From contig JBBCJM010000004.1 of NCBI GenBank assembly GCA_037190175.1, forward strand, positions 3,164 to 67,163: DNA of 64,000 nt. Direction: 5' to 3'. The notes beneath the pieces are model-generated. The model ran no database searches. It was given only the letters and a program-made list of their open reading frames with translations, and was not told the DNA's origin. The DNA is from Paracoccaceae bacterium. GTDB taxonomy: Bacteria > Pseudomonadota > Alphaproteobacteria > Rhodobacterales > Rhodobacteraceae. How positions within the stretch are numbered: the stretch's first letter is position 1; each line of letters begins with the position of its first letter. Positions 8,521 through 17,948 of this stretch are shown piece after piece. A program made the position numbers and the translations under genes.

Positions 8521-9377
8521 GCCGGATCCTGGTCACCGGCGGGGCGGGCTTCGTGGGCCTGCGCGCGGTCGCCGCGCTGCGGGCCGTGGGGCATTCCGTG
8601 AGGGTGTTCGACCTGCGCCCCGGGCCGGGGGTGGAGGTGGCGGGCGACATCACCGACACCGCGGCGGTGGCCCGGGCGGCGGAGGGCTGCGACGGGATCG
8701 TGCATCTGGCGGGCCTGATGACGGTGGACTGCGCCCGCGATCCGCTGCTGGGCGCGCGGGTGAACCTGCTGGGCAGCCTGAAGGTGTTCGAGGCGGCCAG
8801 GGCCCGACGGCTGCCGGTGGCGTATCTCAGCACCGCCGGCGTGTTCGGGCCGGAGAGCGCGGAGCATCCCCGCCCGATGACCATCTACGGCACCACCAAG
8901 CTGGCGGTCGAGGGCGCGGCGCGGGCCTATGCGCTGGACCACGGCGTGCCCAGCCTCGGCCTGCGGCCCTATATCGTCTATGGGCCGGGGATCAGTTCCG
9001 GCATCGCCGCCGGCCCCTCCATCGCGCTGGCGGCCGCGGTGCGGCGCGAGCCTGCCACCATCCGCTTCTCGGGCCGCGTGGGCTTCGTGCATGTCGATGA
9101 CGTGGCGCGCCTGCTGGCCGCGGCGATGAGCGTGCCTCTGGAGGGCGCCACCGCGCTGACCATGGCCGGCGACACCGCCGAGATGACCGCCTTCACCGCC
9201 GAGCTTGCCCGGCAATCCGGCTGGGACGGGATCGCCATCGAGGGCCCGCCGCTGCGCATCCCGGCCGACCTCGCCTCGGACCCCGTGCCCCCGGCGCTGG
9301 GGGCCCATCCGGTGACGAAGGTCGCCGAGGGCATCGCCCGGTCGCTGGCCGAGCTGAGGGCGGCGCATGGGCAATAG
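8517..9377 (+). CDS. NAD-dependent epimerase/dehydratase family protein
   Basis: Internal ATG at 8517 (ATGA overlap with the preceding stop). Sequence starts MSRILVTGGAGFVGLRAV...; about 286 aa, extended-SDR type. Confidence 0.85.
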   Translation: MSRILVTGGAGFVGLRAVAALRAVGHSVRVFDLRPGPGVEVAGDITDTAAVARAAEGCDGIVHLAGLMTVDCARDPLLGARVNLLGSLKVFEAARARRLPVAYLSTAGVFGPESAEHPRPMTIYGTTKLAVEGAARAYALDHGVPSLGLRPYIVYGPGISSGIAAGPSIALAAAVRREPATIRFSGRVGFVHVDDVARLLAAAMSVPLEGATALTMAGDTAEMTAFTAELARQSGWDGIAIEGPPLRIPADLASDPVPPALGAHPVTKVAEGIARSLAELRAAHGQ

Positions 9378-9482
9378 TCCAACACATCGCCCCCATCGTC
9401 CATTTCCTGCGGCGGGGGGCCGTGGTCTTGTCGATGAAGGGCGCAGGCGGGCCGCAGATCCGTCGCGCGGGGAGGGGAACGG

Positions 9483-10295
9483 ATGACGCAGCCGCTGCGG
9501 ATCGACGGCGAGACCCGGGTGTTTCCCATCCTGGGCCACCCCATCGGGCAGGTGAAATCCCCCGCCTCGCTTAGCGCGATCATGGCCGGGGCCGGGTTCA
9601 ACGGCCTGGTGGTGCCGGTGGACATCCGCCCGGCCGACCTGCAAGGCTGGCTGGCGACCGCGGGGGCGATGCTGAACGTGGGCGGCATCATCGTGACGGT
9701 GCCGCACAAGGCCGCCTGCCTTTCCTTCTGCACCCGGGTGTCGGACCGGGCGCGCGCCTCGGGCGCGGTCAACATCATGGTGCGCGAGGGCGACGACTGG
9801 CTGGGCGACGCCACTGATGGGCACGGCTACCTGGACGGGATCGCGGCCGAGGGCTTCGACGTGGCGGGCAAGCCGGCGCTGCTGGTGGGCACCGGCGGCG
9901 CGGGCTCGGCCATCGCCTACGAGATCCTGGCGCGCGGCGCCTCGGACCTGGCGCTGCACGACATCGACACCGCCCGGCGCGACGGCCTGATCGCCCGGCT
10001 GAACGCGGCCTTCCCCGGCAGGGCGCGGGTGGGCGGCACCGACCCGCGGGGCTTCGCGCTGGTGGCCAATGCCACGCCGCTGGGGATGCGCGAAGGCGAT
10101 CCGCTGCCGGTGCAGGTGGAGCAGCTGACCCCCGACCAGTTCGTGGCCGATGTGGTGACCCGCCCCGCCATCCCGCCGCTGATCGCCGCGGCGCGGGCGA
10201 AGGGGTGCGGCACCATGCCGGGTTCGGGAATGTTCGACGCGCAGGCGGCGCTGCTGGCCGACCTGCTGATGGGCCGGCGCAGGATCGTCGCATGA
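9483..10295 (+). CDS. Shikimate dehydrogenase family protein (AroE-like)
   Basis: 270 aa. Motifs ILGHPIGQVKSP, VTVPHK, LLVGTGGAGSAIAY and NATPLGM are typical of the shikimate/quinate dehydrogenase fold. Confidence 0.85.
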   Translation: MTQPLRIDGETRVFPILGHPIGQVKSPASLSAIMAGAGFNGLVVPVDIRPADLQGWLATAGAMLNVGGIIVTVPHKAACLSFCTRVSDRARASGAVNIMVREGDDWLGDATDGHGYLDGIAAEGFDVAGKPALLVGTGGAGSAIAYEILARGASDLALHDIDTARRDGLIARLNAAFPGRARVGGTDPRGFALVANATPLGMREGDPLPVQVEQLTPDQFVADVVTRPAIPPLIAAARAKGCGTMPGSGMFDAQAALLADLLMGRRRIVA

Positions 10296-10490
10296 TTAAC
10301 CCCATGTTACGGCCCCAGCCCACTCGGTACTCGCCTGCACGGGGCTTTTGCGGCATGGTCCGCAGAGACGGCCTTGGGGAGAGGCCCGTCCCCGGCATGG
10401 CGCAGAAGACGCGAGACGTCCGGCCCTGACCGGGCCGGTTGCGCCCCTTCCGGGGGCAGATCGAACAGGATCAACAAGGGGAGGAACCAC

Positions 10491-11618
10491 ATGATCCGCA
10501 AACTCATCGGCTCTGCCGCGCTGGCGCTGGCGCTGACGGCGGTGCCGGCTCTGGCGCAGCTCAAGGTCGGCGCGGTGGCCGAGCTTTCGGGCGCGGGCGC
10601 CGCCGCCGGCACCAACTGGCAGGACGGCCTGAAGATGGCCTTCGAGGAGATCAACGCCGCGGGCGGGATCCTGGGCCAGCAGGTCCAGATCATGGAATAC
10701 GACAGCCAGACCGACCCGCAGGTCAGCCGCGCCATGGTGCAGAAGGCCATCGACGAAGGCGCCTATGCGCTGTTCGGCACGGTGTTCTCGGGCTCGACCG
10801 TGGTCAACATGCTGATCGCCCAGCAGAACGGCATCCCGCAGTTCACGGGGTCCGAGGCGCCCTCGATCACCTCGATGGGCAACCCCTACATCTTCCGCAC
10901 CACCTTCGGCGCGCAGAAGGGGGTGCCGAAGCTGGCCGCCTACATGCAGGACGAGATGGGGGTGACCAAGGTCGGCGTGGCCTGGGCCAACACCGAGTTC
11001 GGCAAGGGCGGCTATGACGCCTTCAAGAAGGAGATGGAGGCCCGCGGCATCCAGATCGTGGTCGACGTGCCCTCGGAACAGGCGCAGTCCGACTTCTCGG
11101 CCGACATCCTGAAGCTGAAGGGCTCGGACGCCGAGGCGATCTTCGTCTACCTGACCGAAGAGGAAAGCGCCCGCTTCCTGCGCGAGGCGCAGAAGCAGGG
11201 GCTGGCCATCCCGCTGCTGGGCGAGACCACGCTGATCGGCAACAAGGTGATCGAACTGGCCGGCGACGCCGCGAACCTCGGCATGGGCCACGTGGGCCTG
11301 ACGCCCGAGGCCGACGTGCCGGAAATGACCGCGATGGTCGAGAAGTTCATCGGGAAGTACAAGTACACCCCCGACCACAACGCGATCAAAGGCTATACCG
11401 CGGCCTATTACCTCAAGCACGTCACCGAAATGGTGGGCGCGCCGGACAGCGAGGCGATCGCGGCCAGGCTGCACGGGCTGACGCTGACCGCGGCCGACTA
11501 TCCCGGCATCCTGATGGACACCACCTGGGACGAGACCGGCGAGATGTCGCGCGAAAGCTTCCTGGTGCGCGTGGTGGACGGCAAGCAGGAAGTCATCGCG
11601 GTCCTGCCGCCGAACTGA
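10491..11618 (+). CDS. ABC transporter substrate-binding protein, branched-chain-amino-acid (LivJ/LivK-like, type I PBP) family
   Basis: ATG at 10491 after GGGGAGGA. Sec signal MIRKLIGSAALALALTAVPALAQ, then LKVGAVAELSGAGAAAGTNWQDGLKMAFEEINAAGGILGQ. Confidence 0.9.
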   Translation: MIRKLIGSAALALALTAVPALAQLKVGAVAELSGAGAAAGTNWQDGLKMAFEEINAAGGILGQQVQIMEYDSQTDPQVSRAMVQKAIDEGAYALFGTVFSGSTVVNMLIAQQNGIPQFTGSEAPSITSMGNPYIFRTTFGAQKGVPKLAAYMQDEMGVTKVGVAWANTEFGKGGYDAFKKEMEARGIQIVVDVPSEQAQSDFSADILKLKGSDAEAIFVYLTEEESARFLREAQKQGLAIPLLGETTLIGNKVIELAGDAANLGMGHVGLTPEADVPEMTAMVEKFIGKYKYTPDHNAIKGYTAAYYLKHVTEMVGAPDSEAIAARLHGLTLTAADYPGILMDTTWDETGEMSRESFLVRVVDGKQEVIAVLPPN

Positions 11619-11633
11619 GCCTCTCCGTCACCC

Positions 11634-11697
11634 GGGGCCGCGCCAGCGGTGCGGCCCCGACCGGGAACCCGGGGAGTGCTCTCCCCCCGGGTTCCCG
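11634..11697 (+). promoter_or_regulatory. Two consecutive GC-rich stem-loops in the SBP-permease intercistronic gap
   Basis: First: GGGGCCGC(11634-11641)/GCGGCCCC(11651-11658). Second: CGGGAACCCGGGGAG(11662-11676)-tgct-CTCCCCCCGGGTTCCCG(11681-11697), with a 2-nt bulge. Confidence 0.5.
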
Positions 11698-11720
11698 CCC
11701 CCTTGGCGCAGGAGTTGCCG

Positions 11721-12599
11721 ATGGCCGAATTCATCCAGATCATCGTATCCGGCCTTGCGGCGGGTTCGATCTATGCGCTGGCCGCGGTGGGGTTCACCCT
11801 GCTGTGGCAGGCCTCGCAGACCATCAACTTCGCCCAAGGCGAGTTCGTGATGCTGCCCGCCTTCTTCGTGCTGGTGGGCATGACCATGCTGGGGATGCCG
11901 CTCTGGGCCGCGGTGATCTTCGGGCTGGTGCTGTCGCTGATCGTGCTGGGGGTGATGTTCAAGAAGCTGGTGGTGGAGCCGATGCTGCCCCACGGCACCC
12001 TGCCGCTGGTCATCGCCACCATCGCGCTGGGTCTCCTGCTGAAGGAGAGCGTCAAGGAATTCTACGGCGCCACCGCGCAGCCCTTCCCGCCGGTGTTCCC
12101 GCAGACCACGTTCCAGATCGCCGGCGCCACCGTCTCGGTGCAGGACATCGCCAACCTCGCGGTCTCGATGCTGGCCATCGGCGGGTTGCAGCTGTTCCTG
12201 ACCCGCACCCGCACCGGGCGCTGCATGCAGGCCACCGCGCAGAACCCGGGCGTGGCCGAGATCCTGGGCGTCGATGTGAAGCGGATGGTGATGTACACCT
12301 TCCTGATCAACGCGGCCCTGGCCGCCATCGCCTCGGTGCTGATCTCGCCCATCTACCTCGCCAAGTTCTCGAACGGCGAGACGCTGGGGCTGGTGGCCTT
12401 CATCGCGGCCATCGTGGGGGGCTTCAACCAGATCCGCGGCGCGCTGGTGGGCGGGCTGCTGATCGGAGTGATCGACAACATCTCGGCGGTCTATATCTCG
12501 GCGCAGTACCGCAGCGCGATGCCGCTGATCCTGCTGATCGCCATCATCATGCTGCGGCCGCAGGGCCTGCTCGGCACCCCGGAAGGGAGAACGGTATGA
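11721..12599 (+). CDS. Branched-chain amino acid ABC transporter permease (LivH-like)
   Basis: ATG at 11721: MAEFIQIIVSGLAAGSIYALAAVGFTLLWQASQTINFAQGEF... A multi-TM protein. Confidence 0.9.
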   Translation: MAEFIQIIVSGLAAGSIYALAAVGFTLLWQASQTINFAQGEFVMLPAFFVLVGMTMLGMPLWAAVIFGLVLSLIVLGVMFKKLVVEPMLPHGTLPLVIATIALGLLLKESVKEFYGATAQPFPPVFPQTTFQIAGATVSVQDIANLAVSMLAIGGLQLFLTRTRTGRCMQATAQNPGVAEILGVDVKRMVMYTFLINAALAAIASVLISPIYLAKFSNGETLGLVAFIAAIVGGFNQIRGALVGGLLIGVIDNISAVYISAQYRSAMPLILLIAIIMLRPQGLLGTPEGRTV

Positions 12600-13570
12600 C
12601 CCGCTTGCAACTGCTGCTCGTCCTGCTCGGCATCGGGGCGCTGGTCGTGGCGCCCATGGGCCAGGGCAACTACATCATCTATGTGCTGAGCTCGTGGCTG
12701 ATGTTCTCGATCGCCGCGATGGGGCTGAACCTGACGCTGGGCTATGCCGGGCAGGTGTCGCTGGCGCAGGCGGCCTTCATGGGGATCGGCGCCTATGTCA
12801 CCGCGCTGATGACGATGAACGGCATCCACTGGATCCTCGCGGTGCGGGTGGCGGTCAGTTCCTGCTTCGCGGTGGGGCTGCTGCTGGGATATCCGGCCCT
12901 GCGGGTGCAGCACCACTTCCTGGCCTTCGTGACGCTGGCCTTCAACACGCTGCTGTTCCTGGTGCTGCGCAACGAGGAGCACATCACCGGCGGCTCCTTC
13001 GGCCTTGTCGGGATGCCGCGGCCCTCGTTCTTCGGCTGGTCCACCGGGCGGAACCTGCAGTTCTACTACTTCACGCTGGTCTGCTTCCTGGTCTCGGCCG
13101 GGATCATGTGGTGGATCCTGCGCTCGCCCTGGGGCCGGGCCTTCAAGGCGCTGCGCGAGAACCCGATCCGGGCCGAGAGCCTGGGGCTCAAGATCCGCCG
13201 CCAGACGCTCCTGGCCTTCGCCATCGGCTCGGCCTTCGGGGGCCTCGCCGGCGCGATCCAGACCCCGCTGGTGCAGTTCATCGAGCCCGGGTCCTTCGGC
13301 CTGATCCATTCGCTGAAGCTGCTGCTGATGGTGGTGGTCGGCGGCTCGGGCTTCTTCTTCGGGCCGATGCTGGGGGCGGCGGTGGTGATCCTGCTGCCCG
13401 AGGTGCTGCGGTTCACCGAAGGCTACTACCTGATCATCTATTCCTTCCTGGTCATCGTGCTGATGGTCTATTCGCCCAACGGCCTGATCGGCCTCGGCCA
13501 CAAGATCTGGGACCGCTTCAAACCGCGCACCGAGGCCCGCGCCGACCTGCAACAGGGGGTGCAGCTGTGA
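12596..13570 (+). CDS. Branched-chain amino acid ABC transporter permease (LivM-like)
   Basis: ATG at 12596 (ATGA overlap): MTRLQLLLVLLGIGALVVAP...LNLTLGYAGQVSLAQAAFMGIGAY. Confidence 0.9.
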   Translation: MTRLQLLLVLLGIGALVVAPMGQGNYIIYVLSSWLMFSIAAMGLNLTLGYAGQVSLAQAAFMGIGAYVTALMTMNGIHWILAVRVAVSSCFAVGLLLGYPALRVQHHFLAFVTLAFNTLLFLVLRNEEHITGGSFGLVGMPRPSFFGWSTGRNLQFYYFTLVCFLVSAGIMWWILRSPWGRAFKALRENPIRAESLGLKIRRQTLLAFAIGSAFGGLAGAIQTPLVQFIEPGSFGLIHSLKLLLMVVVGGSGFFFGPMLGAAVVILLPEVLRFTEGYYLIIYSFLVIVLMVYSPNGLIGLGHKIWDRFKPRTEARADLQQGVQL

Positions 13571-14319
13571 ACGCCAACGCGCCGATCCTTTCCGTCCGCA
13601 ACATCTCGAAGCAGTTCGGCGGCATCCGGGCGGTGAACCGGGTCAGCTTCGACGTGTACCGGGGCGAGATCCTGGGGCTGATCGGGCCGAACGGCTCGGG
13701 CAAGTCCACGCTGTTCAACTGCATCCTGGGCCAGCTGAAGCCCAGCGAGGGGCATTGCGAGATCAACGGCGTCTCGACCGATGGCGTCCGCCCGGCCAGC
13801 CTGTCGCTGATGGGGGTGGGCCGCACCTTCCAGCAGCTGTCGGTGTTCCCCAAGATGACCGTGCTGGACAACGTGATCCTGGCGGGGCAGGAGCACGAGG
13901 GCACGATGCTGAGCCGCCTGTTCGGCGCCCCGGATGCCGGGCTGACCGAAAAGGCCGAGCAACTGATCGAGTTCTTCCGGCTGACCCCCTATCGCGACAC
14001 GCCGGCGGGCTCGCTGTCCTATGGCCAGCAGAAGCTGGTCGATGCCGCGATGGCCTTCATGGCCGGGCCGGGGATCGTGCTCTTGGACGAGCCCGCGGGG
14101 GGCGTGAACCTGACGATGCTGGCGCATCTGAAGGAACGGCTGATGACCTACAACCGCGAGCACGGCACCACCTTCGTGGTGATCGAGCACAACATGGAGT
14201 TCGTCATGACGCTCTGCACCCGCATCATCGTGCTGGCGCAGGGCGAGATCATCGCCGAGGGGACGCCGGAGGAGATCCGGTCGAACCAGATGGTCATCGA
14301 CGCCTATCTGGGGGGCTGA
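13567..14319 (+). CDS. ABC transporter ATP-binding protein (LivG-like)
   Basis: GTG at 13567 (GTGA overlap). Walker A GPNGSGKST, signature LSYGQQK, Walker B VLLDEP. Confidence 0.9.
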   Translation: MNANAPILSVRNISKQFGGIRAVNRVSFDVYRGEILGLIGPNGSGKSTLFNCILGQLKPSEGHCEINGVSTDGVRPASLSLMGVGRTFQQLSVFPKMTVLDNVILAGQEHEGTMLSRLFGAPDAGLTEKAEQLIEFFRLTPYRDTPAGSLSYGQQKLVDAAMAFMAGPGIVLLDEPAGGVNLTMLAHLKERLMTYNREHGTTFVVIEHNMEFVMTLCTRIIVLAQGEIIAEGTPEEIRSNQMVIDAYLGG

Positions 14320-14320
14320 C

Positions 14321-15043
14321 ATGCTGGAAGTGAAAGACCTGGTGGGCGGCTACGGGCGGATCACTATCCTGAACGGCACCAGCTTCTCGGTGCCCAAGGC
14401 GTCGATCACCACGGTGATCGGCCCGAACGGGGCGGGCAAGTCCACCGTGTTCAAGGCGATCTTCGGGTTGCTGAACATCCACTCGGGCAAGATCCTGCTG
14501 GAGGGCGAGGACGTGACCGGCCTGCGCCCGGCGCAGATGATCGCCCGCGGCGTGACCTACGTGCCGCAGGGCCGCAACGTGGTGCCGCAGCTTTCCGTGC
14601 TGCACAACCTGGAGCTGGGCGGGATCACCGCGAAGGACCAGGCCCGGGTGCGGGCGCGGATGGAACAGGTGATGGACCAGTTCCCCGTGCTGCGCGAGCG
14701 CAAGGACCAGAAGGCCGTCGAACTGTCCGGCGGCCAGCAGAAACAGCTGGAGATCGCCCGGGCGCTGCTGCTGGACCCGAAGCTGATGCTGATCGACGAG
14801 CCCTCCATCGGCCTGTCGCCCAACCTGGTGCAGGAGGTGTTCCAGACCCTGATCAAGCTGCGTGACGCCGGCGTGACGATCCTGATGGTGGAGCAGAACG
14901 CCAAGGCGGCGCTGGCGATGTCGGACTATGGCCTCGTGCTGGAACTGGGCCAGACCCGGATGTTCGACAAGGCCGACAGGCTGCTGAACGACCCCCGCGT
15001 GGGGCAGCTGTTCCTCGGCGGCCATATCGAGGACGCGGCCTGA
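14321..15043 (+). CDS. ABC transporter ATP-binding protein (LivF-like)
   Basis: 240 aa. Walker A GPNGAGKST, signature LSGGQQ, Walker B LMLIDEP. Confidence 0.9.
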   Translation: MLEVKDLVGGYGRITILNGTSFSVPKASITTVIGPNGAGKSTVFKAIFGLLNIHSGKILLEGEDVTGLRPAQMIARGVTYVPQGRNVVPQLSVLHNLELGGITAKDQARVRARMEQVMDQFPVLRERKDQKAVELSGGQQKQLEIARALLLDPKLMLIDEPSIGLSPNLVQEVFQTLIKLRDAGVTILMVEQNAKAALAMSDYGLVLELGQTRMFDKADRLLNDPRVGQLFLGGHIEDAA

Positions 15044-15059
15044 GCTTGCCCCGCGGGCG

Positions 15060-15079
15060 GCGGGCGATAACGCCCGCTT
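15060..15079 (+). terminator. Candidate intrinsic terminator after the LIV-type operon
   Basis: GCGGGCG(15060-15066)-ATAA-CGCCCGC(15071-15077) followed by TT, 17 nt after the livF-like stop. Confidence 0.45.
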
Positions 15080-15148
15080 GAACGCGGCTGAGGAAACTGT
15101 GTTCCCGCCGTGCCGGTTTGCCCCCGCGACGCAAACCGGAGAGCGCCC

Positions 15149-16423
15149 ATGTCCCGCCTGCTTCCCCTCGTCACCGGAACCCTGCTGTCCTGCCTTCTCC
15201 TCGGCCCCGGACTGGCGCAGGAGGAGGAGGAGGATGAACCCAGCCAGCCCTCGACGGGCGCCGAGGGCACCCCGCCCGGCCAGCCGGTGGAACTGGCCGC
15301 GCCCAACGCCCCCGACCAGCAGCCCGCCGTCGCCGGCCAGACCCGCGCGCCGCAGCCCGACACGCTGGCGACCCCGGCGGTCCAGCCGGTGGCCGAGGGG
15401 CTGCCGCAGCTCTGGGCGATGGAGTTCCTGCCCGACGGGCGGATGCTGGTCACCGCCAAGGCCGGCGCGATGCACCTGATCGGCCCGGACGGCGCCCCGG
15501 GGCCGGAGATCGCCGGAGTGCCCGAGGTGGACGCCGAGGGGCAGGGGGGCCTGCTGGACGTGGCGTTGGCGCCGGACTTCGAGTCGTCGGGCCTGATCTT
15601 CTTCTCCTACGCCGAGCCGCGCGAGGGCGGCAACGGCACGACCGTGGCCTCGGCCCGGCTGGTGCTGGACGACGCCGGCGGCGGCGCGCTGGAGGACATG
15701 CAGGTGATCTTTCGCCAGATGCCCACCTATGACGGCAACCAGCACTTCGGCTCGCGCCTGACCTTCGGGCCGCAGGGCGAGCTTTACGTGACGGTCGGCG
15801 AGCGTTCGGACGAAGAGCCGCGGGTGCAGGCGCAGGATCCGGCCAGCGGCCTTGGCAAGCTGTTCCGCATTGCCGCCACCGGCGAGCCCTTCGAGGGCAA
15901 TCCCTTCATCGGCCGCGACGACGCCCAGCCCGAGATCTGGAGCCTCGGCCACCGCAACACCCAGGCGGCCGCGCTGGACGCCGAGGGGCGGCTGTGGATC
16001 GTCGAGCACGGGCCGCGCGGCGGCGACGAGCTGAACCGACCGGAGGCCGGGGTGAACTACGGCTGGCCCGAGGTGACCTATGGCATCGACTACGGCGGCG
16101 GCCCTATCGGCGAGGGGATCACCCAGCGGGCCGAGACGGCGCAGCCGGTCTACTACTGGGATCCGGTGATCGGGCCCTCGGGCATGGCGCTCTATGAGGG
16201 GGAGGAGTTCCCCGAATGGCAGGGCGCCTTCCTGATCGGCGGACTGGTCTCGCAGGGGCTGGTCGTGCTGCACCTGGATGGCGACCGCGTGGTGACCGAG
16301 GAACGCGTGCCGCTGCAGGCCCGCGTGCGCGACGTTCGGGTGGGGCCGGACGGCGCGGTCTATGCCGTGACCGAGGACCGCGACGCCGGCACCTCCAGCA
16401 TCCTGCGGCTGACGGGGGGCTGA
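15149..16423 (+). CDS. PQQ-dependent sugar dehydrogenase (soluble aldose sugar dehydrogenase, YliI/Asd-like), secreted
   Basis: ATG at 15149 after GGAGAG. Signal MSRLLPLVTGTLLSCLLLGPGLAQ, an acidic/Pro-rich linker, then a beta-propeller with GLLDVALAPDF, HFGSRL, GHRN, EHGPRGGDELN and NYGWP. Confidence 0.85.
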   Translation: MSRLLPLVTGTLLSCLLLGPGLAQEEEEDEPSQPSTGAEGTPPGQPVELAAPNAPDQQPAVAGQTRAPQPDTLATPAVQPVAEGLPQLWAMEFLPDGRMLVTAKAGAMHLIGPDGAPGPEIAGVPEVDAEGQGGLLDVALAPDFESSGLIFFSYAEPREGGNGTTVASARLVLDDAGGGALEDMQVIFRQMPTYDGNQHFGSRLTFGPQGELYVTVGERSDEEPRVQAQDPASGLGKLFRIAATGEPFEGNPFIGRDDAQPEIWSLGHRNTQAAALDAEGRLWIVEHGPRGGDELNRPEAGVNYGWPEVTYGIDYGGGPIGEGITQRAETAQPVYYWDPVIGPSGMALYEGEEFPEWQGAFLIGGLVSQGLVVLHLDGDRVVTEERVPLQARVRDVRVGPDGAVYAVTEDRDAGTSSILRLTGG

Positions 16424-16429
16424 GCGGGA

Positions 16430-17176
16430 TCAGCCCGCAGAGGCCCCTCCGAAATCCCCGAAGGCTGTCCAGCCGCCGTCCACCGGCAGCACCGCGCCGG
16501 TGATGGCCGAGGCGGCGTCGGAGGCGAGGAAGGCCACGGCTGCCGCCACCTCCTCCGCCGCGATCAGCCGGCCCAGCGGGGTGCGGCGGCGGATGGCGGG
16601 CAGGTCCACCCGGCCGGCCTCGGCCAGCCGGCGCACCAGCGCGGTCTCCACATAGGCCGGCGCCACGGCGTTGACCCGGATGCCCCTGCCCGCCCATTCG
16701 CAGGCCATGGCCCGGGTCATCGCCACGATCCCGGCCTTGGCCGCGCCATAGGCGTTGCGCCGGGGCAGCCCGGTCAGCCCGGCGATGGAGGAGAGGTTGA
16801 CGATGGCGCCCCGCCCGCGCGCCAGCATCCCGCGCCCGACCTCGCGCGACATCAGGAAGGTGCCGGCCAGATGCACGTCCAGCACCCGGCGGAAGGCGTC
16901 GATCCCCTGCTCGGCCGTGGGCAGGTGGCTGTCGCCGATGCCGGCATTGTTCACCAGCACCTCGAAGGGCGCCACGGCGGCCGCCATGGCCACCTGCGCC
17001 TCGTCGGTCACGTCGCAGGCCAGCCCCCGGTGCCCCGCGCCCAGTTCCGCCGCCCGCGCCGCAGCCTTCTCCCCGTCCAGATCCGCGATGGTGACGCGGC
17101 AGCCCTGCCCGGCCAGCACCCGGGCGATGGCCAGCCCGATCCCCTCGGCCCCGCCGGTGACCAGCGCCTCACGCAT
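16430..17176 (-). CDS. SDR family oxidoreductase
   Basis: 248 aa. TGGAEGIG, NNAG, and YGAAK (catalytic Y-x3-K). Confidence 0.9.
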   Translation of the reverse strand: MREALVTGGAEGIGLAIARVLAGQGCRVTIADLDGEKAAARAAELGAGHRGLACDVTDEAQVAMAAAVAPFEVLVNNAGIGDSHLPTAEQGIDAFRRVLDVHLAGTFLMSREVGRGMLARGRGAIVNLSSIAGLTGLPRRNAYGAAKAGIVAMTRAMACEWAGRGIRVNAVAPAYVETALVRRLAEAGRVDLPAIRRRTPLGRLIAAEEVAAAVAFLASDAASAITGAVLPVDGGWTAFGDFGGASAG

Positions 17177-17948
17177 AGCCCGGCCGCGGCACCAGCCCCA
17201 GCAGCGACTGCGAGAGCCCGCCGTCCACCACGATGTCCTGCCCGGTCACGTAACCCGCGCGGTCGGAGGCCAGGAACAGCGCCACCTCGGCCATGTCCTG
17301 CGGGCTGGCGATGCGGCGCAGCGGCACCATGGCCTCGCGCCGCGCGCGGTTCTCGGGGTCGGCGTAGAAGGGCGCCGACATGGGCGTCAGCACCAGCCCG
17401 GGGCTGACGCAGTTCGACCGCACCCCCCGCGGCCCCCATTCATAGGCCAGCTGCCGCGACAGCATCAGCACCCCGGCCTTCGACGCCGAATAGGCCCCGC
17501 TGGCCGGCTGCGGCTGGGTGCCGGCGATGGAGGAGATGTGCACCAGCACGCCCCGCCCCCGCTCCAGCATCCCCCGGCCGAAGGCCTGCGCCGCGCTCAG
17601 ATAGCCGGTCAGGTTCACGGCCAGCATCGCCTGCCAGTCGGCGGTGGTCACGGACTCCAAGGCCCCCGGCCGCAGGATCGCGGCGCAGTTGACCAGGATG
17701 TCGGCGCCCCCCTCGGTTTCCACCCGCGCCGCCGCCTCGGCCAGGCTTCCGGCATCCGCCACGTCGCAGGCCAGCGCCCGCGCGCCGCCGCCCAGCTCCT
17801 CCGCCAGCGGCGCCGAGCGGTCGGTGTCGCGGTCCAGCAGCACCACCCGCGCGCCCTGCCCGGCGAAGGCGCGGGCCAAAGCCTGACCGATGCCGCCGCC
17901 CGCGCCGGTGACGACCGCGGTCTTCCCCTCCAGCCCCAGCCAGTTCAT
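17169..17948 (-). CDS. SDR family oxidoreductase
   Basis: Internal ATG at 17948 (ATGA overlap with the stop of flavoprotein C). Sequence MNWLGLEGKTAVVTGAGGGIGQA, with YSASK. 8-nt overlap with the next SDR gene. Confidence 0.9.
   Translation of the reverse strand: MNWLGLEGKTAVVTGAGGGIGQALARAFAGQGARVVLLDRDTDRSAPLAEELGGGARALACDVADAGSLAEAAARVETEGGADILVNCAAILRPGALESVTTADWQAMLAVNLTGYLSAAQAFGRGMLERGRGVLVHISSIAGTQPQPASGAYSASKAGVLMLSRQLAYEWGPRGVRSNCVSPGLVLTPMSAPFYADPENRARREAMVPLRRIASPQDMAEVALFLASDRAGYVTGQDIVVDGGLSQSLLGLVPRPGYA

Noticed and set aside
15221-15238. Short (GAG)n-like run
   Set aside because: It encodes the EEEEDE acidic linker after the signal peptide of the PQQ dehydrogenase, and is not a repeat element.
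14294-16273. 659-aa minus-strand ORF
   Set aside because: Antisense to the livF-like ATPase and the PQQ dehydrogenase, both of which have strong motifs. No domain is recognisable.
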